From Caulobacter sp. (GTDB lineage: Bacteria; Pseudomonadota; Alphaproteobacteria; Caulobacterales; Caulobacteraceae): a DNA stretch of 64,000 bases. The position numbers were made by a program, and so were the translations under genes. Below the pieces are notes generated by a model, which ran no database searches, was not told the origin of the DNA, and was given only the letters and a program-made list of their open reading frames with translations. Within the stretch, counting starts at the first letter, position 1, and every line of letters starts with the position of its first letter. Below are positions 43,595 through 55,262 of the stretch, piece by piece. The stretch covers positions 11,552 to 75,551 of the forward strand of contig JAUSMJ010000005.1 in the NCBI GenBank assembly GCA_030645575.1. Direction: 5' to 3'.

Positions 43595-46081
43595 ATGACG
43601 ACTGTCGCCAAACCGCTGGCGCGAAAACTGCTGGGTATCGTGGTCGTGCTGTCCATCGCCGTTACCGGCCTGGCGACGGCGGCGACGTTCGCCTTCGTGC
43701 AGAAGGCTTCCATGGAGCGGCAGATCCGCAATCTGCAGCTCTATGTGAAGGAGCGCGCCAACACCGAGGACCAGCTGTTCTCCGACCTGGTCAAGGTTCA
43801 CGCCGACGCGAGCGAAGCCCTAACGCGACGAATGGGTCTGCTCTCCGGTCCGGCGCTGGACGCCCGGTTCGACCGCCTGTTCCCGTCCAAGGGCGACGGC
43901 ACGCGCCGCAGCGCGCCGGCCCTGTTCGACGGCGTCACCGACCGCGACGGCGTCTACACCTACGGCATGGGCGCCTTCCTCGCTGATGGCGGCCATGTCA
44001 CGCCACAACAGAAGGCCCTGTTCGTCGCGTCGATGCAGATCGTGTCGATGGCCGGCGAAGCGCAGCACTCGCGCTACGACAACTTCTACATGTTCACGCC
44101 GGACAACCGGCTGGTGGTCTACGGCCCCGACCGGGACGACAGGCTGATCTACTATCGCCAGGACGCCCCGCCGACGCTCGACTTCCGCAAGGAGGAGATG
44201 ACCGAGCTGACGCGCCCGCGGGCCAATCCGGCGCGGGTGATGAAATGCACCAAGCTGCGCAAGCTGATGAGCGACCCCACCGGCAAGGCGCTGACCACGG
44301 CCTGCATGACGCCGATCGACATCGACGGCGTCCATGTCGGCGCCTGGGGCACCACGCTGACGCTGGATTCGTACCTGATGGCCGCGGTCGGCGAGTCGAT
44401 CCAGGGCGGCGAGAACCTGATCGTTTCGGCCGACGGCGAGCTGATCGCCGCGCCGGGCCTCGGCAAGAACGGCATCGTTTCGCCCGCCGAGCTGGTGCGC
44501 GAGGAGACGCGGCGCGGCATCGGGCCGCTGGTCAAGCGCATCCGCGCCCGGGGCGGCGCCTCGGGCGCGTTTCGGTCCGGCGAGCGGGTCATCGCCTATG
44601 GCCTTCTGAAGGAGCCGGACTGGTATTTCGTCATGAGCGTTCCGACGTCCGAGATCGCCTGGTCGGCGGCGCGGACGGCCTCGTGGGTGCTGCTGTTCGG
44701 CCTGATCGGCATCGTCGCCCAGGCGATTCTGCTGTTCCGCTTCATTCGTTGCGAGGTGATCGTTCCGCTGGTCACCCTGTCCACGGCCCATGCCCGGGAC
44801 GGTTCGGCCGAGGCGCCGAAGGTCGAAGCCCGGCAGGACGAGATCGGCGGCCTGGCTCGCATGCTGCGTGACCAGCGGGCCGACAACGACGAGCTGTTCC
44901 GTTCGCTCGAGGACCGCGTGGCGGCCCGCACGGCCGAGCTGGAGCGGGCCAACCGCGCCAAGTCGACCTTCCTGGCCAATATGTCCCACGAGCTGCGTAC
45001 GCCGCTGAACGGGGTCATCGCCCTGACCGACCAGCTGGCCGAGACGGCCGACCAGACGCGCCGGCGCGAGCTGGCTGGACTGGTCTCGTCCTCGGGCCGC
45101 CTGCTGGAGCAGGTGCTCAGCGACATTCTCGATGTGTCGAAGATCGAGGCCGGCCAGTTCCGCCTGTCTCCTGCGCCGTTCGACATCGCCGAGACGGTGG
45201 CGGCCATGGCCGACCTGCACCGCGCCTCGGCGCAGGCCAAGGGCCTGAGCCTGACCTGGTCGATCGCCGAGGCGGCGCGGGGCGCCTGGCTGGGCGACAG
45301 CGGCCGCATCGCCCAGATTCTCAGCAACCTGCTCGGCAACGCCGTGAAGTTCACCGACCGGGGCGAGGTCGCCCTGACCGTGGATCGCCAGGGCGAGAGC
45401 CTGAAGTTCACCGTCCGCGACACCGGCGTGGGCTTCGACGCCGAGGTGCGCGAGCGGCTGTTCCGGCGGTTCGAACAGGCCGACGATTCGATCACCCGCC
45501 GGTTCGGCGGCACGGGCCTGGGCCTGTCGATCTGTTCGGCCCTGACCGGCATGATGGGCGGCGAGATCGACGCGACCGCTACCCCCGGCGAGGGCGCGGT
45601 GTTCACCGTCGTCCTGCCCCTGCCGCGCGCCGAGCTGGCCGCGGCGGAGGAGCGGGCGGACCCGTCCGCCGGCGTCAGCCTGCAGGGACTGCGCGTGCTG
45701 GCGGCCGAGGACCATCCGACCAACCAGAAGGTGCTGCAGATCGTGCTGGAGCCGTTCGGGGTCGACCTGACCATCGTCGGCAATGGCGAGGAGGCCGTGG
45801 CGGCCTTCGGCGATGGCTATGACGCGGTGCTGATGGACATGCAGATGCCGGTGATGGACGGCCTGACCGCCACCCGGCTGATCCGCGAGCGGGAAGCGGC
45901 CGCGGGGGCCGAACCGGCCCTGATCATCATGCTGACGGCCAACGCCATGGACGAGCATATCGAGGCGGCGCGCCTCGCCGGCGCCGACCTGCATGTCGCC
46001 AAGCCCCTGCGCCCGGCCCAGCTGTTCGCGGCGCTCGCCCTGGCCCGCCCGCTCGACGGCGGCGTCAGCGCGGCGGCCTGA
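43595..46081 (+). CDS. hybrid sensor histidine kinase/response regulator with Cache-like periplasmic domain
   Basis: TM, about 300-aa extracytoplasmic region, TM, H-box FLANMSHELRTPLNGV, HATPase boxes, and a C-terminal receiver (LRVLAAEDHPTNQ...DAVLMDMQMPVMDG). Confidence 0.9.
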   Translation: MTTVAKPLARKLLGIVVVLSIAVTGLATAATFAFVQKASMERQIRNLQLYVKERANTEDQLFSDLVKVHADASEALTRRMGLLSGPALDARFDRLFPSKGDGTRRSAPALFDGVTDRDGVYTYGMGAFLADGGHVTPQQKALFVASMQIVSMAGEAQHSRYDNFYMFTPDNRLVVYGPDRDDRLIYYRQDAPPTLDFRKEEMTELTRPRANPARVMKCTKLRKLMSDPTGKALTTACMTPIDIDGVHVGAWGTTLTLDSYLMAAVGESIQGGENLIVSADGELIAAPGLGKNGIVSPAELVREETRRGIGPLVKRIRARGGASGAFRSGERVIAYGLLKEPDWYFVMSVPTSEIAWSAARTASWVLLFGLIGIVAQAILLFRFIRCEVIVPLVTLSTAHARDGSAEAPKVEARQDEIGGLARMLRDQRADNDELFRSLEDRVAARTAELERANRAKSTFLANMSHELRTPLNGVIALTDQLAETADQTRRRELAGLVSSSGRLLEQVLSDILDVSKIEAGQFRLSPAPFDIAETVAAMADLHRASAQAKGLSLTWSIAEAARGAWLGDSGRIAQILSNLLGNAVKFTDRGEVALTVDRQGESLKFTVRDTGVGFDAEVRERLFRRFEQADDSITRRFGGTGLGLSICSALTGMMGGEIDATATPGEGAVFTVVLPLPRAELAAAEERADPSAGVSLQGLRVLAAEDHPTNQKVLQIVLEPFGVDLTIVGNGEEAVAAFGDGYDAVLMDMQMPVMDGLTATRLIREREAAAGAEPALIIMLTANAMDEHIEAARLAGADLHVAKPLRPAQLFAALALARPLDGGVSAAA

Positions 46082-46083
46082 GG

Positions 46084-47097
46084 TCAGCCAGCCGCCCGCG
46101 CGATCACCCGCATGATGTCGGCGATGATCGCGTCCTGGGCCGCCTCGTCCGCCGTCGTTTCGGTCATGAACACCACCACGGCGTATTGTCGACCGTCCTT
46201 CAGTGTGACGATGCCGATGTCGTTGACGACGGGGGTCATGCCCAGGTCGGTCGCGGCCGTGCCGGTCTTGTGCGCCAGCCGCGCGCCCGGCGGCAGGCCG
46301 GCCTTGAGCCGTGTCTCGCCGCTGGTGGTGTCGGTCATCAACTTTAGCAGCAGGGCGGTTCCGCGCGGCGTCAGCAGCTCGCCCGCCGACAGCTTGCGCA
46401 GAAAGGTCAGGGCGCCGCTGGCCGTGGCCGTGTCGCGCGGGTCGGCGAGATAGCGGGCCGTGGCCGCGCGGCGGGTCGCCTCGGGCACGGCGTACATGGC
46501 GGCCTCGAAGGCCGGCCAGCCCTTCCAGGCGATGCGGAACGACTCCATGCCGTGCGTCTCGGGCTGCAGCTCCCGCTCGTAGCGGTCGATCCGGATTTCC
46601 TTGATCCCTTTCGAGCGCAACCAGGCCGTCGCCGCGCCGGGTCCGCCGATGCGCCGCATCAGCACGTCCGCGGCGGTGTTGTCGCTGTCGCCGACGGTCC
46701 AGACCAGCAGCTCCCGCACCGTGTAGGTCGCGCGCTCCGGCCAGGCGTCGGCGATCCGGCTTTGGGCCGGGGATATGTCGGCCTCGCCCAGGGTGATGAC
46801 CTCATCGAGCGACAGGCGGCCGGCATCGACCTCGGCCAGCACCGCCGCGGCCAGCGGGGCCTTGAACACGCTCTGCATCGGGAAGGCCTTGTCGCCGTTC
46901 CAGGCCCACATCTCGCCGCCCTCGAGATTCTGCACCGCGACCTCGATCCGCGCCGGCTGCGCGCGCTGGGCGATGACGCCGATCTCCTGGTCCAGCAGGG
47001 CGGCGTCGAGCGGCGGCGTCCTGGCGCCCGTCTGCGGCATGGCGGGCTCGCAGGCGGCGAGGAACAGGGCGGCGAGCAGCGGGACGATCAGGCGCAT
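46084..47097 (-). CDS. class A beta-lactamase
   Basis: 337 aa from the ATG at 47097, lipoprotein-like signal (LAAC). Motifs SVFK (SxxK), SDN, E..L (RYERELQ) and KTG (HKTGT). Confidence 0.85.
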   Translation of the reverse strand: MRLIVPLLAALFLAACEPAMPQTGARTPPLDAALLDQEIGVIAQRAQPARIEVAVQNLEGGEMWAWNGDKAFPMQSVFKAPLAAAVLAEVDAGRLSLDEVITLGEADISPAQSRIADAWPERATYTVRELLVWTVGDSDNTAADVLMRRIGGPGAATAWLRSKGIKEIRIDRYERELQPETHGMESFRIAWKGWPAFEAAMYAVPEATRRAATARYLADPRDTATASGALTFLRKLSAGELLTPRGTALLLKLMTDTTSGETRLKAGLPPGARLAHKTGTAATDLGMTPVVNDIGIVTLKDGRQYAVVVFMTETTADEAAQDAIIADIMRVIARAAG

Positions 47098-47258
47098 GGC
47101 GACGACTATATCCGCTCCTTCTCGCCCGCGAGTCGCGCAAAGCGGTCGCCGGAGGATATTCTCGGCCAAACCCCGGCCTTTCCTCCTCGTTTCTGCTATT
47201 CACGCGCGCCATCGACCAAAAACAGACCCCGCCGCCGCGGGAAGGAGCGGAAACCGGT

Positions 47259-48041
47259 TTGACCCCACCCGTCGTCATTCTCAACGAACCCCAGCTGGCC
47301 GAGAACATCGGATCGGTGGCCCGGGTGATGGCCAACTTCGGGCTCAGTGACCTGCGCCTGGTGCGGCCGCGGGACGGCTGGCCGCAGGCTCGCGCCTGGG
47401 CCTCGGCTTCCGGCGCCGACTGGCCGCTGGAGGGCGCCCGGGTGTTCGACCGGCTGGAGGAGGCGGTGGCCGACCTGCGGCTGGTCTACGCCACCACGGC
47501 GCGGTCGCGCGGCACGCAGCTGCCCGTGCTGACGCCGCGCGAGGCGGCGGCGAGGCTGCATGCCGCCGACGCCGAGGGCCAGGCCGTAGGCCTGCTGTTC
47601 GGCGGCGAGCGGGCCGGGCTGGAGACCGACGACATCGCCCTGTGCCACGGCCTGATCACCATCCCCGTCGATGAGCGGTTCCGCTCGCTGAACCTGGCCC
47701 AGGCCGTCGCGCTGAACGCCTACGAATGGCGGATGGGCGTCGCCGACCGGCCGCGCGAGGCCTTCGCGGTCAACGTCGATGAACCGGCCGACATGGCCAC
47801 CCTGGTCGGCCTGTACGAGCATCTGGAAGGCGAACTCGACGCCGCCGGCTTCTTCCACCCCCCGGAAAAGCGGCCCTCGATGGTGCGCAACCTGCGCATC
47901 TCTCTGGGCCGGTCGCGGCTGACCGATCAGGAGGTCCGCACCTGGCGCGGCGTGGTCACCGCCCTGTCGAAAGGGCGAGGCCGGGTGCTTGAGAAGCTTG
48001 CACGCCAGCGCGCAGCCGCTAAGAATGAGACCAAGGGGTAA
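47259..48041 (+). CDS. SpoU/TrmH-family RNA 2'-O-methyltransferase (TrmJ-like)
   Basis: VVILNEPQLAENIGSVARVMANFGLSDLRLV and SLNLAQAVAL motifs. TTG start. Confidence 0.85.
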   Translation: MTPPVVILNEPQLAENIGSVARVMANFGLSDLRLVRPRDGWPQARAWASASGADWPLEGARVFDRLEEAVADLRLVYATTARSRGTQLPVLTPREAAARLHAADAEGQAVGLLFGGERAGLETDDIALCHGLITIPVDERFRSLNLAQAVALNAYEWRMGVADRPREAFAVNVDEPADMATLVGLYEHLEGELDAAGFFHPPEKRPSMVRNLRISLGRSRLTDQEVRTWRGVVTALSKGRGRVLEKLARQRAAAKNETKG

Positions 48042-48125
48042 CAAAATCACCCGGAGGGACTGATGGACAGCAAGGACCTGCTCGACGGTCGCTGGCGGCT
48101 GCCCGCCATCGTGGCGGCCTGAGCC

Positions 48126-49370
48126 ATGAGCGACCTTCGCACCGCCGCCCGCGACGCCTGGCTGTTCGCCCTGCCGCTGATCGAGATCGCCGCCGTGCGC
48201 AGCCGCGGTCTGGTCGTCGGCTCGGCGATGAACGCCTTCTCCTCGATGCGTAACCTGGCCGACCACCGCCAGCGCACGGTGACCACGCCCAACAACGACA
48301 CCCTCTACGCCACGGCCCAGATCGACCTGTCGAACGGGCCGGTGACCCTGACCGTGCCGGCCTCCGGCGACCGGTACGTCTCGCTGCAGCTGATGGACGC
48401 CTGGAGCAACAGCTTCTGCCTGCTGGGCACGCGGACCACCGGCAACGGGGGCGGGACCTTCACCCTGGTGGGGCCGGAGGACGCGGCGTCGGGCCGCAAC
48501 GTGATCCGCTCGCCGACCCGGCACGTCTGGGCCTTGGCGCGGATCCTCGTCGATGGCCCGCACGACCTGGACGCGGCGCGGCTGGTCCAGGGCGGCTTCT
48601 CCGCCCAGGGGCCCGACGTGCCGGCGCCCGCGACCCCGGCCCGGCGCGGCGACGGCTGGGCCGAGTATTTCGCCAGCGCCGACGCGCTGATGGCCGCGAA
48701 CCCTCCGCCCGTGACCGATCTGGCCCTGCTGCGCCGGATCGCGCCGCTGGGCCTGGCCGAGGGACGGTTCGACGCCGCCCGCTTCACGCCGGACGAGGCG
48801 GCGCGGATCGAGGCCGGGGTCGAGGACGCCCGCAAGGCCGTGCGCGGCGGCGGCGGCCTGTCGGGGACCAACTTCATCGACGGCTGGGCCTATCCGGCGG
48901 CCAATCTGGGCGACTTCCGCCAGGACTACGGTTTCCGCGCGGTCGTGGCGCTGGGCGGGCTGGCGGCCCTGCCGCTGGTCGAGGCGACCTATCTGCGCGC
49001 CGGGCCGCCGGAGGGCGGCGGCGTGTTCGACGGCCTGCGCGACTGGCGTCTGCACTTGCCGGCCGACCGGCAGATCCCCGTGGACGCCTTCTGGTCGCTG
49101 AGCCTCTACGAGGTGACGCCGGAACGGCAGTTCTTCTTCACCGACAACCCGCTGAACCGCTACGCCATCGGCGACCGCACGCCGGGTCTGACCTGGAACG
49201 ACGACGGCTCGCTCGACCTGTGGATCGGCCACGCGCGGCCGGACCCGTCCCGCGAGTCCAACTGGCTGCCGGCGCCCGCGGGGCCGTTCGCCCTGTTCAT
49301 GCGCGGCTATCTGCCCAGGCCCGAACTGCTCGACGGACGCTATCGCCTGCCGCCGGTCGAGGCGATCTGA
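48126..49370 (+). CDS. DUF1254/DUF1214 domain protein
   Basis: 414 aa. NNDTLYATAQIDLSNGPVTLTVPASGDRYVSLQLMDAWSN is typical of DUF1254. The C-terminal half is DUF1214-like. Confidence 0.75.
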   Translation: MSDLRTAARDAWLFALPLIEIAAVRSRGLVVGSAMNAFSSMRNLADHRQRTVTTPNNDTLYATAQIDLSNGPVTLTVPASGDRYVSLQLMDAWSNSFCLLGTRTTGNGGGTFTLVGPEDAASGRNVIRSPTRHVWALARILVDGPHDLDAARLVQGGFSAQGPDVPAPATPARRGDGWAEYFASADALMAANPPPVTDLALLRRIAPLGLAEGRFDAARFTPDEAARIEAGVEDARKAVRGGGGLSGTNFIDGWAYPAANLGDFRQDYGFRAVVALGGLAALPLVEATYLRAGPPEGGGVFDGLRDWRLHLPADRQIPVDAFWSLSLYEVTPERQFFFTDNPLNRYAIGDRTPGLTWNDDGSLDLWIGHARPDPSRESNWLPAPAGPFALFMRGYLPRPELLDGRYRLPPVEAI

Positions 49371-49465
49371 TCCACGGACGCAGGGTTCGCGCCGCTGCTT
49401 GAGCGAGATCAAGGCCGGCGGCGGCGTCCCGGCGTTCGGTCGCGCCACGCTTGAGTGGTGAGATC

Positions 49466-50742
49466 ATGGAAACGAAGCCGGCGCCCGACGACGCCACGGC
49501 CAGCCTGCTCGGAGAGACGGCCCCGTCCCGCTGGGCGCGATTGCGCCGGCCGTTGATCATCGGCGCGGCGGTGCTGGCCGTCGCGGTCGCCGGCCTGCTG
49601 CTCTACAGGGGACTCAGCGGCCCCAAGGCGTCCGTCTATGTCACCGAGGCCATGCGCCGGGGCGACCTGGTGACCAGTGTCACGGCCACCGGCACCCTCG
49701 CGCCGGTCAACACCGTCAGCGTCGGCAGCGAGCTGTCCGGGACCGTCAGCGCCGTGCTGGTCGATGACAACGATCATGTGCGGCGCGGCCAGGTGCTGGC
49801 GCAGCTCGACACCGCGCGACTGAACGACCAGATCGCCCTGGCCGAGGCGGCCCTGGCCTCGGCCCAGGCCAACGCGCGCGAGACCGAGGCCACCCTGCGC
49901 GAGCGGGACCTGGCGCACAGCCGCAATCTGAAACTGTCGGCCAGTTCCGGCGGCGCCTATGTCGCCCGCGCGACGCTCGAGGCCTCGAAAGCCGCCCTGG
50001 ACCGGGCCCGCGCCTCGCGCGACTCGGCCCGCGCGGCGATCGCACAGTCCCAGGCCAACCTGGACACCAGCCGCACCAACCTGGCCAAGGCCACGATCCG
50101 CTCGCCGGTCGATGGGGTGGTCCTGTCGCGGACCATCGAGCCGGGCCAGACCGTCGCCGCCAGCCTGCAGGCGCCGGTGCTGTTCATCCTCGCCGAGGAC
50201 CTGACCCACATGGAACTGCAGGTCGACATCGATGAGGCTGACGTGGGTCAGGCGCTCGCCGGCCAGGTCGCGACCTTCTCGGTCGATGCCTTCGCGGGCC
50301 GCACCTACCAGGCCCGGCTGACCCGCGTCGGCCTGGGCTCGAAGACCACCAACGGCGTGGTGACCTACACGGGCGTGCTGACGGTCGACAACGCCGACCA
50401 GAGTCTGCGGCCCGGCATGACCGCCACGGCCGAGATCGTCACCCGTCGCCGCGAGGATGTGCTGCTGGCGCCGGCCGCCGCCCTGCGGTTCAGTCCGCCG
50501 GCGGCGGAGGCCGCCAGCGGCCAGACCGGGCTGGTCGCCAGCCTGACGCCGCGCATGCCGGCCATCGGCGGCCGTCGCCGGACCAACGGCGCCAACACGG
50601 TGCAGCAGGTCTGGACGCTGCGCGACGGCGAGCCGGTCGCGCTGCCGGTCACGGTCGGGGCCAGCGACGGCCAGTGGGTCGAAGTCTCCGGCGCCAACCT
50701 GGCCCCGGGCCTGCGCCTGATCACCGGCACGGACGAGGCCGA

Positions 50743-50746
<4 letters not shown>
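49466..50746 (+). CDS. efflux transporter periplasmic adaptor subunit (HlyD/MacA-like)
   Basis: N-terminal TM, coiled-coil hairpin region and beta-barrel domains. ATG at 49466 preferred over TTG at 49451. ATGA overlap with the downstream ABC ATPase. Confidence 0.88.
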
Positions 50747-51446
<700 letters not shown>

Positions 51447-51447
<1 letters not shown>

Positions 51448-52649
51448 TGCTGTTCAACGCCCTCAAGCTGGCCCTCGCCGCCATTCGCCGCAATCTGCTG
51501 CGGGCCTCGCTGACGGTGCTGGGCGTGGTCATCGGGGTGGCCGCGGTGGTCACCATGGTCACCCTCGGCAACGGCGCGACCCAGGCCGTGTCGAACCAGA
51601 TTTCCAGCCTCGGCAGCAACCTGCTGATGGTCCGCACCGGCCAGCGGATGGGCCCGCCGGGTCTGGGCGTGGCCGGCTTCCGGGCCGCCGACGTGGCGGC
51701 CATCGTCGCGGCCGTGCCGACCATCGCCGCGGCCTCGCCGGTCGACACCACCTCCGCGACCCTCGTTTACGGCGCGCAGAACTGGAGCACTTCGGTCTCG
51801 GGAGTGTCGCGGCCCTATTTCGCGGCCCGCGACTGGTCGCTCGCCTCGGGCCGGCTGTTCACCGAGACGGAGGAGCGGGCGGGCCGCTCGGTCTGCGTGG
51901 TCGGCGACACCATCCGGCGCGAACTGTTCGCCGGCCGCGACCCGGTCGGCGCCCGTCTGCGCGTGCGGCAGTTCTCCTGCGAGATCATCGGCCTGCTGAA
52001 GCCGCGCGGCCAGGCGGCCATGGGCCAGGACCAGGACGACACGGTCATCCTGCCGCTGCGCACCGTCCAGCGCCGCCTGACCGGCCGCCAGGACATCAAT
52101 TCCATCACCCTGTCCGTGCGCGACGGGGCCTCGACCGCGAAGGCCAAGGCCCAGGTGGAGGCCGTGCTGCGCGAGCGCCGCAAGATCGGCCCGGGCGAGG
52201 AGGACAACTTCAGCGTCATGGACACCAAACAGATCGCCGAGACCCTCGCTGGCACGACCAAGGTGATGACCATGCTGCTGGGCGCGGTGGCGGCGGTCAG
52301 CCTGCTGGTCGGCGGCATCGGCATCATGAATATCATGCTGGTGTCGGTCACCGAGCGGACCAAGGAGATCGGCGTGCGGCTGGCCATCGGCGCGCTGGAG
52401 CAGGATGTGCTGCTGCAGTTCCTCGTCGAGTCGGTGGTGCTGGCCGCGTTCGGCGGCCTGGCCGGCGTGCTGATCGCCACCGTCGCCTCGGTGATTCTGG
52501 CCCAGGTGATCCAGGTGCCGTTCCTGTTCGACCCGGGCATCAACCTGCTGGCCTTCGCCGTGGCCGTGATCATCGGCGTAGTGTTCGGCTATTTCCCGGC
52601 CCGCCGCGCCGCGCGGCTCGACCCGATCGAGGCCCTGCGGCGGGAATAG
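51447..52649 (+). CDS. ABC transporter permease (MacB-type FtsX family)
   Basis: 400 aa, N-terminal TM, large periplasmic domain, C-terminal FtsX-like 3-TM bundle ([23 protein letters not shown]). Confidence 0.92.
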
Positions 52650-52716
52650 CGGCGACGGGCGGTGGACGCGCGCCGTCCGCTCGGGGAATATCCCGCCCGC
52701 CTCACCGGAGATTCCC

Positions 52717-53826
<1,110 letters not shown>

Positions 53827-53829
53827 GTC

Positions 53830-54075
53830 ATGCCGACGGTCCTCAACAAGGAGGGGGCACGGTACTTTTTCTACAGTCTTGAGGGGGCTGAACCGCCGCA
53901 TATCCATATCGAGCAGGCGGGGGCGACGGCCAAGTTCTGGCTGGAGCCGGTGGAACTGGCCTCGTCACGAGGCTTTCGGTCCCATTCCCTTCGGCGTCTT
54001 CGCCTCAACGTGATAGAAAACCGCGAGCGCTTCCTGGAGGCTTGGCATGGCCATTTCGGCGATCAAGATGAATAG
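53830..54075 (+). CDS. DUF4160 domain protein
   Basis: 81 aa, FFYSLEGAEPPHIHIE...AKFWL pattern typical of DUF4160. Starts 3 nt after the adhC stop. Confidence 0.75.
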   Translation: MPTVLNKEGARYFFYSLEGAEPPHIHIEQAGATAKFWLEPVELASSRGFRSHSLRRLRLNVIENRERFLEAWHGHFGDQDE

Positions 54076-54286
54076 CGACGCCGTGGACGTCGAGACGACG
54101 GACTCGGTCCTGCGCGTCACGCTCGCCGACGGCCGCGAACTCTCCGCCCCGCTCGAGTGGTTTCCGAGACTGCGCGACGCCACGGCCGAGCAGCGCGGCC
54201 ACTGGCGCCTGATCGGCGGCGGTGAGGGCATCCACTGGCCGGATGTCGATGAGGACATCGCGGTCGCTACCCTGTTGCGGGCCTAG
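54047..54286 (+). CDS. DUF2442 domain protein
   Basis: 79 aa, DGRELSAPLEWFPRLRDATAEQR...GEGIHWPDVDEDI pattern. Its ATG is embedded in the WH codons of the DUF4160 C-terminus, as in the second pair at 63.8 kb. Confidence 0.75.
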   Translation: MAISAIKMNSDAVDVETTDSVLRVTLADGRELSAPLEWFPRLRDATAEQRGHWRLIGGGEGIHWPDVDEDIAVATLLRA

Positions 54287-54317
54287 GGATGGCCAACGAC
54301 GCCTGCGAAGGCTCCTG

Positions 54318-55151
54318 ATGGAAATCCTCTCCACCCACCGCACGTTCGACGGAACGCTGCACTACTGCCGCCACCAGAGCGCGACGACGGGCACGCCGAT
54401 GCGGTTCACCCTCTTCCTGCCGCCAGGCGAGGGGCCGTTTCCGCTGCTGGTCTGGCTGTCGGGCCTGACCTGCACGGAGGAGAACTTCGCCACCAAGGGC
54501 GGGGCCTATGGCGCGGCGGCGGCGCTGGGTCTGGCCATCGTCGCGCCGGACACCAGCCCGCGCGGGGAGGGCGTCGCCGACCACCCGGACTACGACTTCG
54601 GCCAGGGCGCCGGCTTCTATGTCGACGCCACAGAGAAGCCCTGGGCGCCGCACTTCACCATGGAGACCTATATCGTCCGCGATCTGCTCGAGGCGGTGCA
54701 CGGCGCATTCCCGGTGGACGCAGGCCGCCGCGCGATCAGCGGCCACTCCATGGGCGGCCACGGGGCCCTGACGCTGGCGCTGAAACACCCGGACCTGTTC
54801 CGCTCGGTGGGGGCCTTCGCTCCGATCTGCTCGCCGACGCGCTGTCCGTGGGGGCGGAAGGCGTTCACCGGTTACCTCGGCGCCGACGAGACCGCCTGGG
54901 CCGGCCATGACGCCACGCGCCTGATCGAGGCCGGCGCGGCGAAGGGCCGGTACGACGACATCCTCATCGAACAGGGGACCGCCGACCCCTGGCTGGTCGA
55001 ACAGCTGAAGCCCGAGCTGCTGGAAGCCGCCTGCGAGGCCGCCGGCCAGCCGCTGACAGTCCTGCGTCACGAGGGTTACGATCACGGCTACTTCTTCGTC
55101 GCCACCTTCATCGCCGACCACCTGGCCTGGCATCGCGAGCGGCTGGACTAA
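54318..55151 (+). CDS. fghA: S-formylglutathione hydrolase (esterase D)
   Basis: 277 aa from the ATG at 54318. Nucleophile elbow GHSMGGHGAL, DTSPRG motif, and C-terminal ...HEGYDHGYFF. Confidence 0.93.
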   Translation: MEILSTHRTFDGTLHYCRHQSATTGTPMRFTLFLPPGEGPFPLLVWLSGLTCTEENFATKGGAYGAAAALGLAIVAPDTSPRGEGVADHPDYDFGQGAGFYVDATEKPWAPHFTMETYIVRDLLEAVHGAFPVDAGRRAISGHSMGGHGALTLALKHPDLFRSVGAFAPICSPTRCPWGRKAFTGYLGADETAWAGHDATRLIEAGAAKGRYDDILIEQGTADPWLVEQLKPELLEAACEAAGQPLTVLRHEGYDHGYFFVATFIADHLAWHRERLD

Positions 55152-55262
55152 AGGCGGAGCCTTGCTCCCCGCTTGCCGGGGAGCGAGGCTCCAGCTTTGC
55201 GTTTGACAGCCCGGGTCCCAGTCCATACTTCCGCGCCATGTCAGGCGCGGGGGTTTGAGTTG

